DNA of 30,074 bases from an uncultured Candidatus Saccharibacteria bacterium (GCA_964469735.1 CAYXYS010000001.1:1-30074), one strand, 5' to 3'. Numbered from the stretch's first letter, positions 17,451 through 26,173 are shown. The notes: a model not told the origin generated them from the letters alone. Made by a program: numbers and translations.

Positions 17451-18695
17451 ATGCTGGTTGCCGACTTACATCTGCATTCTAAATATTCTCGAGCTACCTC
17501 CAAAGACATGGATTTGGAGAATCTGGACAAATGGGCCAAAGTCAAGGGGATAAAACTTTTGGGAACAGGCGACTTCACCCATCCCGAGTGGTTCAATAAT
17601 TTAAGAGAAAAATTGGAGCCAGCCGAAACCGGTTTGTTTAAATTAAAAGAGATGCCTAGCTCTACCCGCTTTATGCTGACGGCTGAGATAAGCTGCATTT
17701 ACAGCAAGGGCGGCAAGGTAAGGAAAATTCATATTATCGTGCTGGCCCCTTCCTTTGAAGCGGTTGAGAAAATAAACGCCAAATTGGGGCAGATAGGCAA
17801 CCTTAAAGCCGACGGCAGGCCAATTGTGGGATTGGATGCTTTGGAGCTGGCTAAAATATGCTGGGAGGCCTCTAAAGATTGCCTGGTTATTCCGGCTCAC
17901 GCTTGGACTCCGTGGTTCGGCATATTCGGTTCCAAGTCCGGCTTTGACTCGATGGAAGAGTGCTTCGGCGATTATTCAAAATATATTTATTCTATAGAAA
18001 CAGGACTGTCGTCGGATCCGGCCATGAATTGGCGGCTTTCAGCTCTAGACAGAATAACCTTGATTTCCAATTCCGATGCCCATTCCCCCCCGAAAATAGG
18101 CAGGGAGGCTAATGTTTTTGACGTGGGCTTGAGCTATCCCGAAATTACCGGAGCCATAAAAGAAGGAAGTCCGGATAAGTTTCTTTACACGGTGGAGTTT
18201 TTCCCGGAAGAGGGCAAATACCATTACGACGGCCATCGCGCCTGCGAAGTCAGCCTTTCTCCCAAAGAATCAAAAAAATACAACAATACCTGCCCGGTTT
18301 GCGGCAGGCCTTTAACTATAGGGGTGATGAACAGGGTGGAAGAGCTGGCTGACAGGCCCGAAGGATTTAAGCCGGAAGGAGCAGTTCCTTTTAAAAGTTT
18401 GGTTCCCCTAAAAGAAATTATTGCAGAAGCTCTTGGAGTCGGAGCCGGCAGCCTTAGGGTCGGAAAAGAATATGACAGCTTGATTAAAAATATCGGCAGC
18501 GAATTTGAAATATTGCTTTCGGCTGATAGAAAAGATTTGGCTGAGGCAGCCGGTCCGGAAATTGCCGAAGGGGTGGTCCGCGTTAGGGAGGGAAAAGTCC
18601 AAGTGGAGCCAGGCTACGACGGCGTCTACGGAAAAGTGAAGATATTCTCCAAAAACGAGGAGAGGGGTGAAATAAGGCAAAAGACTTTGTTTTGA
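17451..18695 (+). CDS. Endonuclease Q family protein (PHP domain + Zn ribbon)
   Basis: DLHLHSKYSRA, GTGDFTHP, PAHAWTPW, ETGLSSD, SNSDAHS, GKYHYDGHRAC...CPVCG, PGYDGVYG. Confidence 0.92.
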   Translation: MLVADLHLHSKYSRATSKDMDLENLDKWAKVKGIKLLGTGDFTHPEWFNNLREKLEPAETGLFKLKEMPSSTRFMLTAEISCIYSKGGKVRKIHIIVLAPSFEAVEKINAKLGQIGNLKADGRPIVGLDALELAKICWEASKDCLVIPAHAWTPWFGIFGSKSGFDSMEECFGDYSKYIYSIETGLSSDPAMNWRLSALDRITLISNSDAHSPPKIGREANVFDVGLSYPEITGAIKEGSPDKFLYTVEFFPEEGKYHYDGHRACEVSLSPKESKKYNNTCPVCGRPLTIGVMNRVEELADRPEGFKPEGAVPFKSLVPLKEIIAEALGVGAGSLRVGKEYDSLIKNIGSEFEILLSADRKDLAEAAGPEIAEGVVRVREGKVQVEPGYDGVYGKVKIFSKNEERGEIRQKTLF

Positions 18696-18698
18696 TTG

Positions 18699-18840
18699 TG
18701 CCCGGTAGTGAAAATTCGACAACCCTTAAAGTTGTGGATTAAACTACAGGGATGACATATTGTAAAAACGCAATTATTAATTAAATGCGGCAGTCAATTT
18801 GACCGAGTCAAAACAACTGCCGAATTTCTACTACCGGGTA
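18699..18840. mobile_element. MITE-like 142-bp element with terminal inverted repeats and a 6-bp flanking direct repeat
   Basis: Left end TGCCCGGTAGTGAAAATTCGACA vs reverse complement of right end TACCCGGTAGTAGAAATTCGGCA match at 19 of 23 positions. TGATTG flanks both sides (18693-18698 and 18841-18846). Confidence 0.7.
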
Positions 18841-19202
18841 TGATTGAAGAATATAAGCTCGGCCTTATTACAATCGACGGAGAAGACTATGACTGCGACG
18901 TGCAAGTCCGATGGGACGATGAGGTTTCGGAGTGGAAGAGAGACGAAGATTATAAAATAAAGTTGCAGGACGTTTTGCCGGCTTTGGAGCAAAACCCCGA
19001 AGTTATAGTAATCGGCAACGGAGAGGCGGGCATGTGCGAAGTAGAAGAGGAAGCTAAAAGAGCGATAGAAGAACGGGGGATTAAGCTCATTATCGACAAG
19101 ACCGAGCAGGCCACGAGAACTTTTAATATTCGCAAAGAGGATTCTCTGGAAGAAGAAGGGCGGTTGGAAAAAGTGATAGGGCTTTTTTGTTTAAATTACT
19201 AA
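18840..19202 (+). CDS. Mth938-like domain protein
   Basis: MIEEYKLGLITIDG, PEVIVIGNGEAG, IKLIIDKTEQATRTFN, VIGLF. Confidence 0.8.
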   Translation: MIEEYKLGLITIDGEDYDCDVQVRWDDEVSEWKRDEDYKIKLQDVLPALEQNPEVIVIGNGEAGMCEVEEEAKRAIEERGIKLIIDKTEQATRTFNIRKEDSLEEEGRLEKVIGLFCLNY

Positions 19203-19240
19203 GCTTCCATTTTTTCCTGTTTTGATTAAAATAACCGGTT

Positions 19241-20185
19241 ATGGAAAAGAAAGCCAAAATAAGGCCCTTTTCGGCGGCAGGCCAGTTCTACCCCGAAGAT
19301 AAAAAAGAATTGGAAGAAGAACTCAATAGATTGATGGCAGAATCTCCGTCTCCTCGGATAAACGGAGAAGTTTTTGGGTTGCTTCTGCCTCATGCCAGTT
19401 ACGTTTTTTCAGGAGCAGTTGCCGCTTTGGGGGTAAAAGCCGTTGAAGGGAATAAGTTTGATACCGTCATCGTTTTAGCCGATTCCCATTACGAGTATTT
19501 TGAGGGGGTTTCCGTATGGCCGGAAGGGGAGTGGGAGACTCCGCTTGGGAAGATAGAGGTGGACAAGGAAACGGCCGGTAAAATAATTTCTTCTTCGGAG
19601 AGATTTGTTTCCAGGCAATCTGCCCATCTTTTCGACCACACCATAGAAGTCCAGCTGCCCCTTGTCCAAAAAGCCTTGGGCCGGTTTAAGCTTGTTCCGA
19701 TAGTAATAGGCTCGGAGGATAGGGATTGGAAAAAACTGGCGGAAGCCATTTTCGGCATCATAAAAGGAAAAAAGGTTTTGATAATCGCTTCTTCGGATTT
19801 ATCCCATTATCCTCCCTACGAAGAGGCCAAGAAAGCCGACCAAGCTATCTTGAAGGCGATTGAAGGCTTGGATACGGAAATATTAGATAAGAACATAGCG
19901 GAATTGAAAAAAAAGAATATTCCCGATGCCCAGACTTTTTTGTGCTCCAGGGATTCGGTAAAAGCCTTAATGGAGATTACAAGAAATTTCGGCGGCAAGG
20001 CTCGGGTGTTGGGATACACTAACTCCGGGGATTTAAGAGGAGGCAAAGCGCGGGTAGTGGGATACGGTTCCGTAGCTTTTTTCAAAGAGGAAGGCTTGGC
20101 TCCGGAAGAAAAAAAAGAACTAATGGACATTGCCAAACCTCAATGGAGAGCATTATCGGGGGTAAATCGGTTGATAAGTTCATAG
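19241..20185 (+). CDS. amrB: AmmeMemoRadiSam system protein B (MEMO1 family) with a truncated protein-A stub
   Basis: AGQFYP, LPHASY, DSH, HTIEVQLP, SSDLSHYP, LC, YTNSGD, VVGY; tail LAPEEKKELMDIAK. Confidence 0.88.
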   Translation: MEKKAKIRPFSAAGQFYPEDKKELEEELNRLMAESPSPRINGEVFGLLLPHASYVFSGAVAALGVKAVEGNKFDTVIVLADSHYEYFEGVSVWPEGEWETPLGKIEVDKETAGKIISSSERFVSRQSAHLFDHTIEVQLPLVQKALGRFKLVPIVIGSEDRDWKKLAEAIFGIIKGKKVLIIASSDLSHYPPYEEAKKADQAILKAIEGLDTEILDKNIAELKKKNIPDAQTFLCSRDSVKALMEITRNFGGKARVLGYTNSGDLRGGKARVVGYGSVAFFKEEGLAPEEKKELMDIAKPQWRALSGVNRLISS

Positions 20186-20206
20186 AAGATAGGCCATAAT
20201 AGTTCA

Positions 20207-20992
20207 ATGAAGAAAGTAAAAGCTTTGGCATTCATTTTATCCTGCCTTTTCATATGGTGGAACTTTTTGTCTTGGCTGAGCAGCGTCATGCCCGTATTCA
20301 AAAGAAAGAAAGAATATCAATTCCGGAATTTTGTGGAAATTACTCCTCTTCCCGACTGCATAATCGTTTTCAATTCCGGAGGATGGGGATATACATCCCT
20401 GGAAAAGGAAACCGATTTTCGCACCATTGTTTTGGGAATCCAGGAGCAGCTGAATAATTGGGGGTATAAGTCAGCCGTTATCCCTTATCAGCGGGCAAAA
20501 GAAACCATATTAGGAAAATTAAGCGGAACCAGAGAGATAATTAATTATTTTAGTTCGCAGTCTAAACATTTGGCCAGGCAGATTAACGAATTCTTAAAAG
20601 AGAATCCAGACAAAAAAGTAATACTGGCCGGCCTTTCGATGGGAGCTTTTTTTGTAGACGAAACATTAAAGCACATCGAAAACAGGTCGTCTGTTTTGGC
20701 TATAAAGGTGGGAGTTCCTTTTTATTCCGATCATTTTCATTCTGACAAAACCATTGATATTAACAACGAAAGAGACGTCCTGGTTTATTGCAATAGCAAG
20801 CTGTTGTTCGGAGCTTTTTTCCGCGGGCTGGGGAAATGGATGCTATCCAGACTGAAAGGCCGGCCAATGCCTTTAGGAAAAGCTATAGTGGTTCCCGGGC
20901 ACAATAATTCCTACAGATGGGATTCTCCGAAAATAAAGGCGCAAGTAATCAGTTTTTTGGAAAAACAGTTTTCTAAAGATGGAATTTCTTAA
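20207..20992 (+). CDS. Putative membrane-anchored alpha/beta hydrolase
   Basis: N-terminal TM segment, SGGWG, nucleophile elbow GLSMG, later Asp (RD) and His (PGH) candidates. Confidence 0.6.
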   Translation: MKKVKALAFILSCLFIWWNFLSWLSSVMPVFKRKKEYQFRNFVEITPLPDCIIVFNSGGWGYTSLEKETDFRTIVLGIQEQLNNWGYKSAVIPYQRAKETILGKLSGTREIINYFSSQSKHLARQINEFLKENPDKKVILAGLSMGAFFVDETLKHIENRSSVLAIKVGVPFYSDHFHSDKTIDINNERDVLVYCNSKLLFGAFFRGLGKWMLSRLKGRPMPLGKAIVVPGHNNSYRWDSPKIKAQVISFLEKQFSKDGIS

Positions 20993-21614
20993 AAAATTAT
21001 TAAAACCTTTGATTGAGGTTTTCAAACAGCCGATAAACCGAATGGTTCATCGGAAAGAATTGCCGCCTTTATTTTCGCTTTTAGGTTCTCTCCCGCCATT
21101 TCCGAAGGTCCTTGAAGTCGGCTGCGGCAGGGGATATTCATTGCCGATTATTATTGAGCATTTTCATCCGCGAAAGATAGTGGCTTTTGATTTGGACGAT
21201 GAAGAGCTGGAAGAAGCGAAGAAATTAGCCGAAAAGGAAGGATTGGATAGCGTTGAAATAAGGAAGCTAGATGCCGCCTCCCTGCCTTTCCCCGGCAGCT
21301 CTTTTAACGTGGTGCTGGTGTCCGCTGTTTTACATCACATAAAAGAGTGGCAGAAAGCGGTGAGCGAGGCTTCTCGGATTTTGGCTCCCGGAGGATATTT
21401 AATATTAAAAGAACCCCTTGGGAAGTCTTTTAAGATAATTCCCATGAATCCCTTTTATAGATGGTACGATAATCCGGCCAGCTTATTAGAAGAGGAAGAT
21501 ATTAGGGATAATCTAAAGAAAAACGCTTTGTCAGTGAAATTCTGGGAATGGCGGGGACTGTACGGAAGGATTTTTAAGTGTTCCTTCAGGGCGGTATGCC
21601 GCAAGGATTCTTAG
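20979..21614 (+). CDS. Class I SAM-dependent methyltransferase
   Basis: VLEVGCGRG, AFDLD, DAASLPF, VLHHI, RILAPGG. Confidence 0.9.
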   Translation: MEFLKKLLKPLIEVFKQPINRMVHRKELPPLFSLLGSLPPFPKVLEVGCGRGYSLPIIIEHFHPRKIVAFDLDDEELEEAKKLAEKEGLDSVEIRKLDAASLPFPGSSFNVVLVSAVLHHIKEWQKAVSEASRILAPGGYLILKEPLGKSFKIIPMNPFYRWYDNPASLLEEEDIRDNLKKNALSVKFWEWRGLYGRIFKCSFRAVCRKDS

Positions 21615-21615
21615 C

Positions 21616-21644
21616 TTGACAGAGGCCCTATTTTCTATTAATAT
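21616..21644 (+). promoter_or_regulatory. Putative sigma70 promoter
   Basis: TTGACA(21616-21621)-N17-TAATAT. Confidence 0.5.
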
Positions 21645-21756
21645 TATATCTGAAGCAATTTTTTTTCGCTTCTCTGCACCTTATTTTTTAAAGAAGGAGG
21701 TTTGAAGAATTGAGCTGATTTAACCACAAGCGAACACCAAGAAAATAAAAGGAGGA

Positions 21757-22431
21757 ATGAAAATGAAAAAGGTATTCTTTCTCGCAGGAGTACTTGCGTT
21801 GATCATCGCCCTGTTCGCGGCGCCGGCCTCCGCGGCCAGCCCCAATAAAGACTTCGTCAGCATCCAAGACGGCGTGCTGACCTACTCTGCCGGCCACTAT
21901 CTGGAAGGGGAACCCCTCCAGGTGGGCTACGACCCCTACGGTTACAACTACCAGGGCCATATGTTCAGGGGATCTTACGCCAACGTTTACCTCGGCGCCG
22001 CTGGATTTCCGCCCTACGATGGCGATACCGAAGCGTACTTAGCCGAAAATCCCGGAGCTGAAAGCCACTTTGCCTGGCCGTACAGGGACGACCAGCTCGT
22101 CATGAAATGGAATGACGCCTGGTTAAGTAACAAGGATCGCGACGGTGACGGTAAGCTCGACCGGCATTACGGCTACGACAGCTACATCGGTTCCGGCGCC
22201 TGGGAAACCAACCATCAGAGCGGCGGCCAGGGCAAAGATCACTGGACTTATTTCTGTAAGATCGTCGCCGCCCCGGCCGATGCCTACGCCGATAACGGAA
22301 TATGGTATACTGCCGACGGCATCGAGATCGGCCCGGTTATCTGGTCCGCTTTCGCCATCATCCAGGAAGTGGAGAGTGGCTCGGGAGCTACCTATATCAG
22401 TCCGGCTGGCCCCGGAGTCGGAAAGTGGTGA
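21757..22431 (+). CDS. Secreted hypothetical protein with a DxDxDG motif
   Basis: Signal peptide MKMKKVFFLAGVLALIIALFAAPASA, AAAGGAGG SD, DRDGDGKLD motif, locally higher GC. Confidence 0.8.
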   Translation: MKMKKVFFLAGVLALIIALFAAPASAASPNKDFVSIQDGVLTYSAGHYLEGEPLQVGYDPYGYNYQGHMFRGSYANVYLGAAGFPPYDGDTEAYLAENPGAESHFAWPYRDDQLVMKWNDAWLSNKDRDGDGKLDRHYGYDSYIGSGAWETNHQSGGQGKDHWTYFCKIVAAPADAYADNGIWYTADGIEIGPVIWSAFAIIQEVESGSGATYISPAGPGVGKW

Positions 22432-22497
22432 CCTAGACAACGGCCGCAAACTCAATCTCATCTGTAAGGAAGAGATAATTCTTCAAAACTTTAACAA

Positions 22498-22525
22498 AAA
22501 AGGGACTGCTTCGGCGGTCCCTTTT
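22498..22525. terminator. Intrinsic terminator with C(UUCG)G loop
   Basis: AAAAGGGACTGC-TTCG-GCGGTCCCTTTT. Confidence 0.8.
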
Positions 22526-22562
22526 AATTTGTATTTTTTAACCGTTGGGCTACAATATATTC

Positions 22563-22772
22563 ATGGAAAAAGAAGTCAAAATTACCAAGGATATGACCAT
22601 TAACGAGGTCATCCAAAAGTATCCGAAAAGCGCTGTGGTCTTTATGGAGCACGGTTTTTACTGCATAGGCTGTCCGGCCTCTCAGGCAGAAACTATTGAG
22701 CAGGGAGCCGAACTCCACCAGGTCGATTTAAATAAGCTCTTAGACGACCTCAATAAAGCGGCGGAACAATGA
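22563..22772 (+). CDS. DUF1858 / hybrid-cluster-associated redox disulfide domain protein
   Basis: ITKDMTINEVIQKYP, GFYCIGCPASQAETIEQGAELH. Start at ATG 22563, 6 nt after TACAAT. Confidence 0.88.
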   Translation: MEKEVKITKDMTINEVIQKYPKSAVVFMEHGFYCIGCPASQAETIEQGAELHQVDLNKLLDDLNKAAEQ

Positions 22773-23776
22773 AAAAGATTCTATTATTCTTTCTTTTCCT
22801 AATAGTCGGGATCGCTCTTTTGGTCGGAGTGGTCAGATTCGTTGGTTGGGAAGAAATTTGGTCCGCTTTTTATTTGTTTACAGGCTGGAAGGGAGTAGCC
22901 ATCCTTTCACTTACCGCTCTGATGCTTTTTTTTGGAATGTGGAAGTGGAAGGTCATCCTTAAAAGCCAAGGATATAATATTTCCAACAGAGAATTAACTG
23001 CCCCCTATTTGGCGGGCTTTTCTCTGGTTTATTTATTCCCTATGCTGGTTTTCGGGGGAGAAATCTTCAGAGGATATATTCTCAAAGAAAAGTTCGGGGT
23101 TCCTTGGAAAAAAGGGATAGTTTCGGTTGTAATAGACAAGGTTTTGGAAGGAACCTCTTTTTTGATAGTGATACTGGCCGGTGTGGCCTATTTTCTTTTA
23201 AAGATAGGATTGCCTCCGAAAAACATGGCCGTTATACTTGGTTCCGTCATTTTAGGCCTTACCTTGATTACGGGTTTTTTCTATCTTCAAAGCTTTAGAA
23301 AAAAAAGCATTGCCAGGTTTTTCTCGGGGATAATAAGTAAGGGGAAGTTTTTAAACGGAGAGGTCTTGGAGATAGAAAAGGAAATATTCAGTTTTTTCCG
23401 CCTTAACAAAAAAGCTTTTTGGAAGGGACTGGCCTTGGCTTTTTTAAGAGTGGGGGTGACCTGGCTCAGATGCTGGCTGCTGATTCTGTTTTTGGGAAAA
23501 ACTATCGGCATTTTGCCGGCCCTTTCCATTCTCGGCTTTTATTACATAGCGCTCTTTATCCCTATTCCCGCGGCTCTGGGAACCCACGAAGTTATTCAGG
23601 CTTTTTCCTTTTCATCCTTGGGCATTGGGGCTGGAATGGCCCCCGCGTTCACTATGATCCAAAGGGGGTCTGAAATTATTCTCGCCATCGTGGGGCTGAT
23701 AATTTTCTTGAGGCTGGGAATCGGGCTCTTGCAAACCTTTTTATTTAAGAAGATAGAAAATTTAGTGGGGAAATAA
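22769..23776 (+). CDS. Lysylphosphatidylglycerol synthase TM / flippase-like membrane protein
   Basis: WKWKVIL, GGEIFRGYIL, SVVIDK, PIPAALGTHE; multi-TM. Confidence 0.82.
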   Translation: MKKILLFFLFLIVGIALLVGVVRFVGWEEIWSAFYLFTGWKGVAILSLTALMLFFGMWKWKVILKSQGYNISNRELTAPYLAGFSLVYLFPMLVFGGEIFRGYILKEKFGVPWKKGIVSVVIDKVLEGTSFLIVILAGVAYFLLKIGLPPKNMAVILGSVILGLTLITGFFYLQSFRKKSIARFFSGIISKGKFLNGEVLEIEKEIFSFFRLNKKAFWKGLALAFLRVGVTWLRCWLLILFLGKTIGILPALSILGFYYIALFIPIPAALGTHEVIQAFSFSSLGIGAGMAPAFTMIQRGSEIILAIVGLIIFLRLGIGLLQTFLFKKIENLVGK

Positions 23777-23820
23777 CCTCTGCGCTTTTAGAAATATTCC
23801 GCAAGAAGTATCATTAAGCA

Positions 23821-24444
23821 ATGATAGGAATCAATAAGGTTATAAGAATACTAATAGTCTCCGAGTTCCTTCTTCAAGCCGGATGGGGGTTGATAGGCCC
23901 GATATTCGCAATTTTCATAACCCAGCATATCAGCGGCGGGTCTTTGGCGGTGGTAGGATTTATCGCCGCAACTTATTGGGTGACAAAATCCGTCGCCCAG
24001 CTGTTTATCGGCCATTTTGTCGACGTAAAAAAAGGAGAGGAAGACGACTTTAAGTTTATGATAATAGGAATGTTCGTTGCCAACCTGATTCCTCTCGGCT
24101 ATCTCATATCCACCGAAATAGTTCATATTTTTATGCTTGAGTTTGTAAGGGGCCTGGCTATGGCTTGCGTGATTCCCTCCTGGGCCGGCATTTTTACGCG
24201 CCACATCGACAAGGGATGGGAAGCTTTTTCTTGGAGCGTTAACAGCACGGGAATCGGTCTTGCCTTCGGTTTTGCAGCCGCTTTCGGCGGCTTTTTAGCC
24301 ATGATTTTGGGGTTCAAGGTGCTTTTCGTTTTGGTAAGCGTTCTTGGTTTGGCCTCTACTTTCACCTTGCTGCTGATTCGCAAGCATCTTTTCGAAAAGA
24401 ACCATTTTATCCCAACGGTCCCCTCGAAAGAGGAGCCATTCTAA
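23821..24444 (+). CDS. Half-size MFS-like transporter (about 6 TM)
   Basis: GLIGPIFAIF, GHFVD, RGLAMA, FTRHIDKG, GGFLA; only 207 aa. Confidence 0.75.
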   Translation: MIGINKVIRILIVSEFLLQAGWGLIGPIFAIFITQHISGGSLAVVGFIAATYWVTKSVAQLFIGHFVDVKKGEEDDFKFMIIGMFVANLIPLGYLISTEIVHIFMLEFVRGLAMACVIPSWAGIFTRHIDKGWEAFSWSVNSTGIGLAFGFAAAFGGFLAMILGFKVLFVLVSVLGLASTFTLLLIRKHLFEKNHFIPTVPSKEEPF

Positions 24445-24448
24445 AATT

Positions 24449-26173
24449 ATGAAAAATCAGGAAATAGCAGACATCCTATACAAAATGGCCGAGCTTTTGG
24501 AAATGCAGGATGTGCAATTTAAGCCCTACGCTTATCAAAAAGCGGCGGGGATGTTAGAAGGTCTCGAAGAAGATATTGAGGATATTTACAGTAAAGGGGG
24601 GCATAAATCCTTAAAAGCATTGCCTGGCATAGGGGAGAGCATAGCCCGGCATATAGAGGAATATCTTAAAAAAGGGGAAATAAAAGAATATGAGAAGCTG
24701 AAAAAGAGGTTTCCTTTTGATATAGGAGAAATTGTTCGAATCGAGGGTATGGGCCCCAAAAAAGCCAAGAAACTATGGAAAGAATTGGGGATAAAGAACG
24801 TTAAAGAACTGGAAAAGGCGGCAAAAGCTCATAAGATTGCCGGCCTGGAGGGGTTTGGAGAAAAGACGGAGCAGAACATCCTTGAGGGAATAGAGTTTTT
24901 AAAAAGGGGCAAGGGCCGTTTTCTGTTAAATGAGATTATTCCCAGAATCAGGATAATAGAAGATAAACTTAAAAAATTCAAAGAAGTTGAAAGGTTGGCT
25001 GTCGCCGGCTCTGCCAGGAGAATGAAAGAAACTATCGGGGACGCCGATTTACTGGCGATATCTTCGAACCCGAAAAAAGTGATGAATTTTTTTACCTCTC
25101 AGCCGGAAGTGGCAAGGATTTGGGGAAAGGGAAATACCAAGTCTTCGGTAAGAGTAAAAGAGGGTTTTGATATAGATTTGAGGGTTGTTAAAAAAGATCA
25201 GTTCGGCTCGGCTCTTCAGTATTTCACAGGCTCCAAAGAGCACAATATCGCCGTCCGCAGAGTGGCCATGGAAAAAGGCATGAAGCTTTCAGAGTATGGG
25301 CTCTTCAAGGGGAAAAAGAGAATAGCCGGGGAAACGGAAGAAAGCATATACAAGGCGCTGGGAATGGAAATGATGCCTCCTGAAATAAGAGAAGGCCAAG
25401 GAGAAGTGGAGGCCTCTCTCAAAGCCGAGCTTCCCAAAGTGATAGGCTATGGCGATATTAAAGGCGATCTTCACATTCATTCCAATTGGGACGGAGGAAC
25501 CGATTCCATTGAGGATATTGCCAGGGTCGCTCAAAAAATGGGTTATCGGTATGCGGGGATTGCCGACCACACTAAATTCCTTAAAATCGAAAACGGATTG
25601 GACGAAAAAGAGCTGGAAAAACGCAATAAAGAAATAGATAAACTCAATCGTATCCAGAAAAACTTCCGCATTTTAAAGGGAGCGGAAACCAATATTCTCA
25701 AAGACGGCTCAATAGATATCAGAGACGATTCTTTGGGGAAGCTGGATTTTGTCATCGCCGGAATTCATTCCAACTTCAAGATGTCGAAGGAAGAAATGAC
25801 TGAAAGGATAATTAAAGCAATTAAAAATCCCAATGTCGATATTATTTCCCATCCGACCGGCAGGATTCTCAAAAGAAGGGATGAGTACGAAATAGATTTC
25901 GACAAAATATTGAGAGCGGCCAAGGAGTTCAATGTGGCCTTGGAAATAAATTCGCATCCTGAAAGACTGGACTTGAACGACCAGAATATCCGCCGGGCCA
26001 AAGAGGCAGGGGTGAAAATGGTTATCAATACCGATGCCCATTTTATCGGCCATTTGGGATATATGGAATTCGGGATAGCTCAGGCCAGGAGGGGATGGGC
26101 GGAAAAAGAAGACATTCTTAATGTTAGGCCGGTGGCCGAACTTCTTAATTTTTTTAATAAAACATGCCTATAG
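24449..26173 (+). CDS. polX: DNA polymerase X / PHP 3'-5' exonuclease
   Basis: LPGIGESIA, AGSARR, GDAD, DLR, YFTGSKEHN, SEYG; PHP motifs DLHIHSNW, ADH, HPTGR, NTDAH. Confidence 0.96.
   Translation: MKNQEIADILYKMAELLEMQDVQFKPYAYQKAAGMLEGLEEDIEDIYSKGGHKSLKALPGIGESIARHIEEYLKKGEIKEYEKLKKRFPFDIGEIVRIEGMGPKKAKKLWKELGIKNVKELEKAAKAHKIAGLEGFGEKTEQNILEGIEFLKRGKGRFLLNEIIPRIRIIEDKLKKFKEVERLAVAGSARRMKETIGDADLLAISSNPKKVMNFFTSQPEVARIWGKGNTKSSVRVKEGFDIDLRVVKKDQFGSALQYFTGSKEHNIAVRRVAMEKGMKLSEYGLFKGKKRIAGETEESIYKALGMEMMPPEIREGQGEVEASLKAELPKVIGYGDIKGDLHIHSNWDGGTDSIEDIARVAQKMGYRYAGIADHTKFLKIENGLDEKELEKRNKEIDKLNRIQKNFRILKGAETNILKDGSIDIRDDSLGKLDFVIAGIHSNFKMSKEEMTERIIKAIKNPNVDIISHPTGRILKRRDEYEIDFDKILRAAKEFNVALEINSHPERLDLNDQNIRRAKEAGVKMVINTDAHFIGHLGYMEFGIAQARRGWAEKEDILNVRPVAELLNFFNKTCL

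Noticed and set aside
21690-21723. Extra AAGGAGG followed by TTG-AGC-TGA upstream of the secreted protein
   Set aside because: The mini-ORF is only two codons, too short to support a leader-peptide claim.
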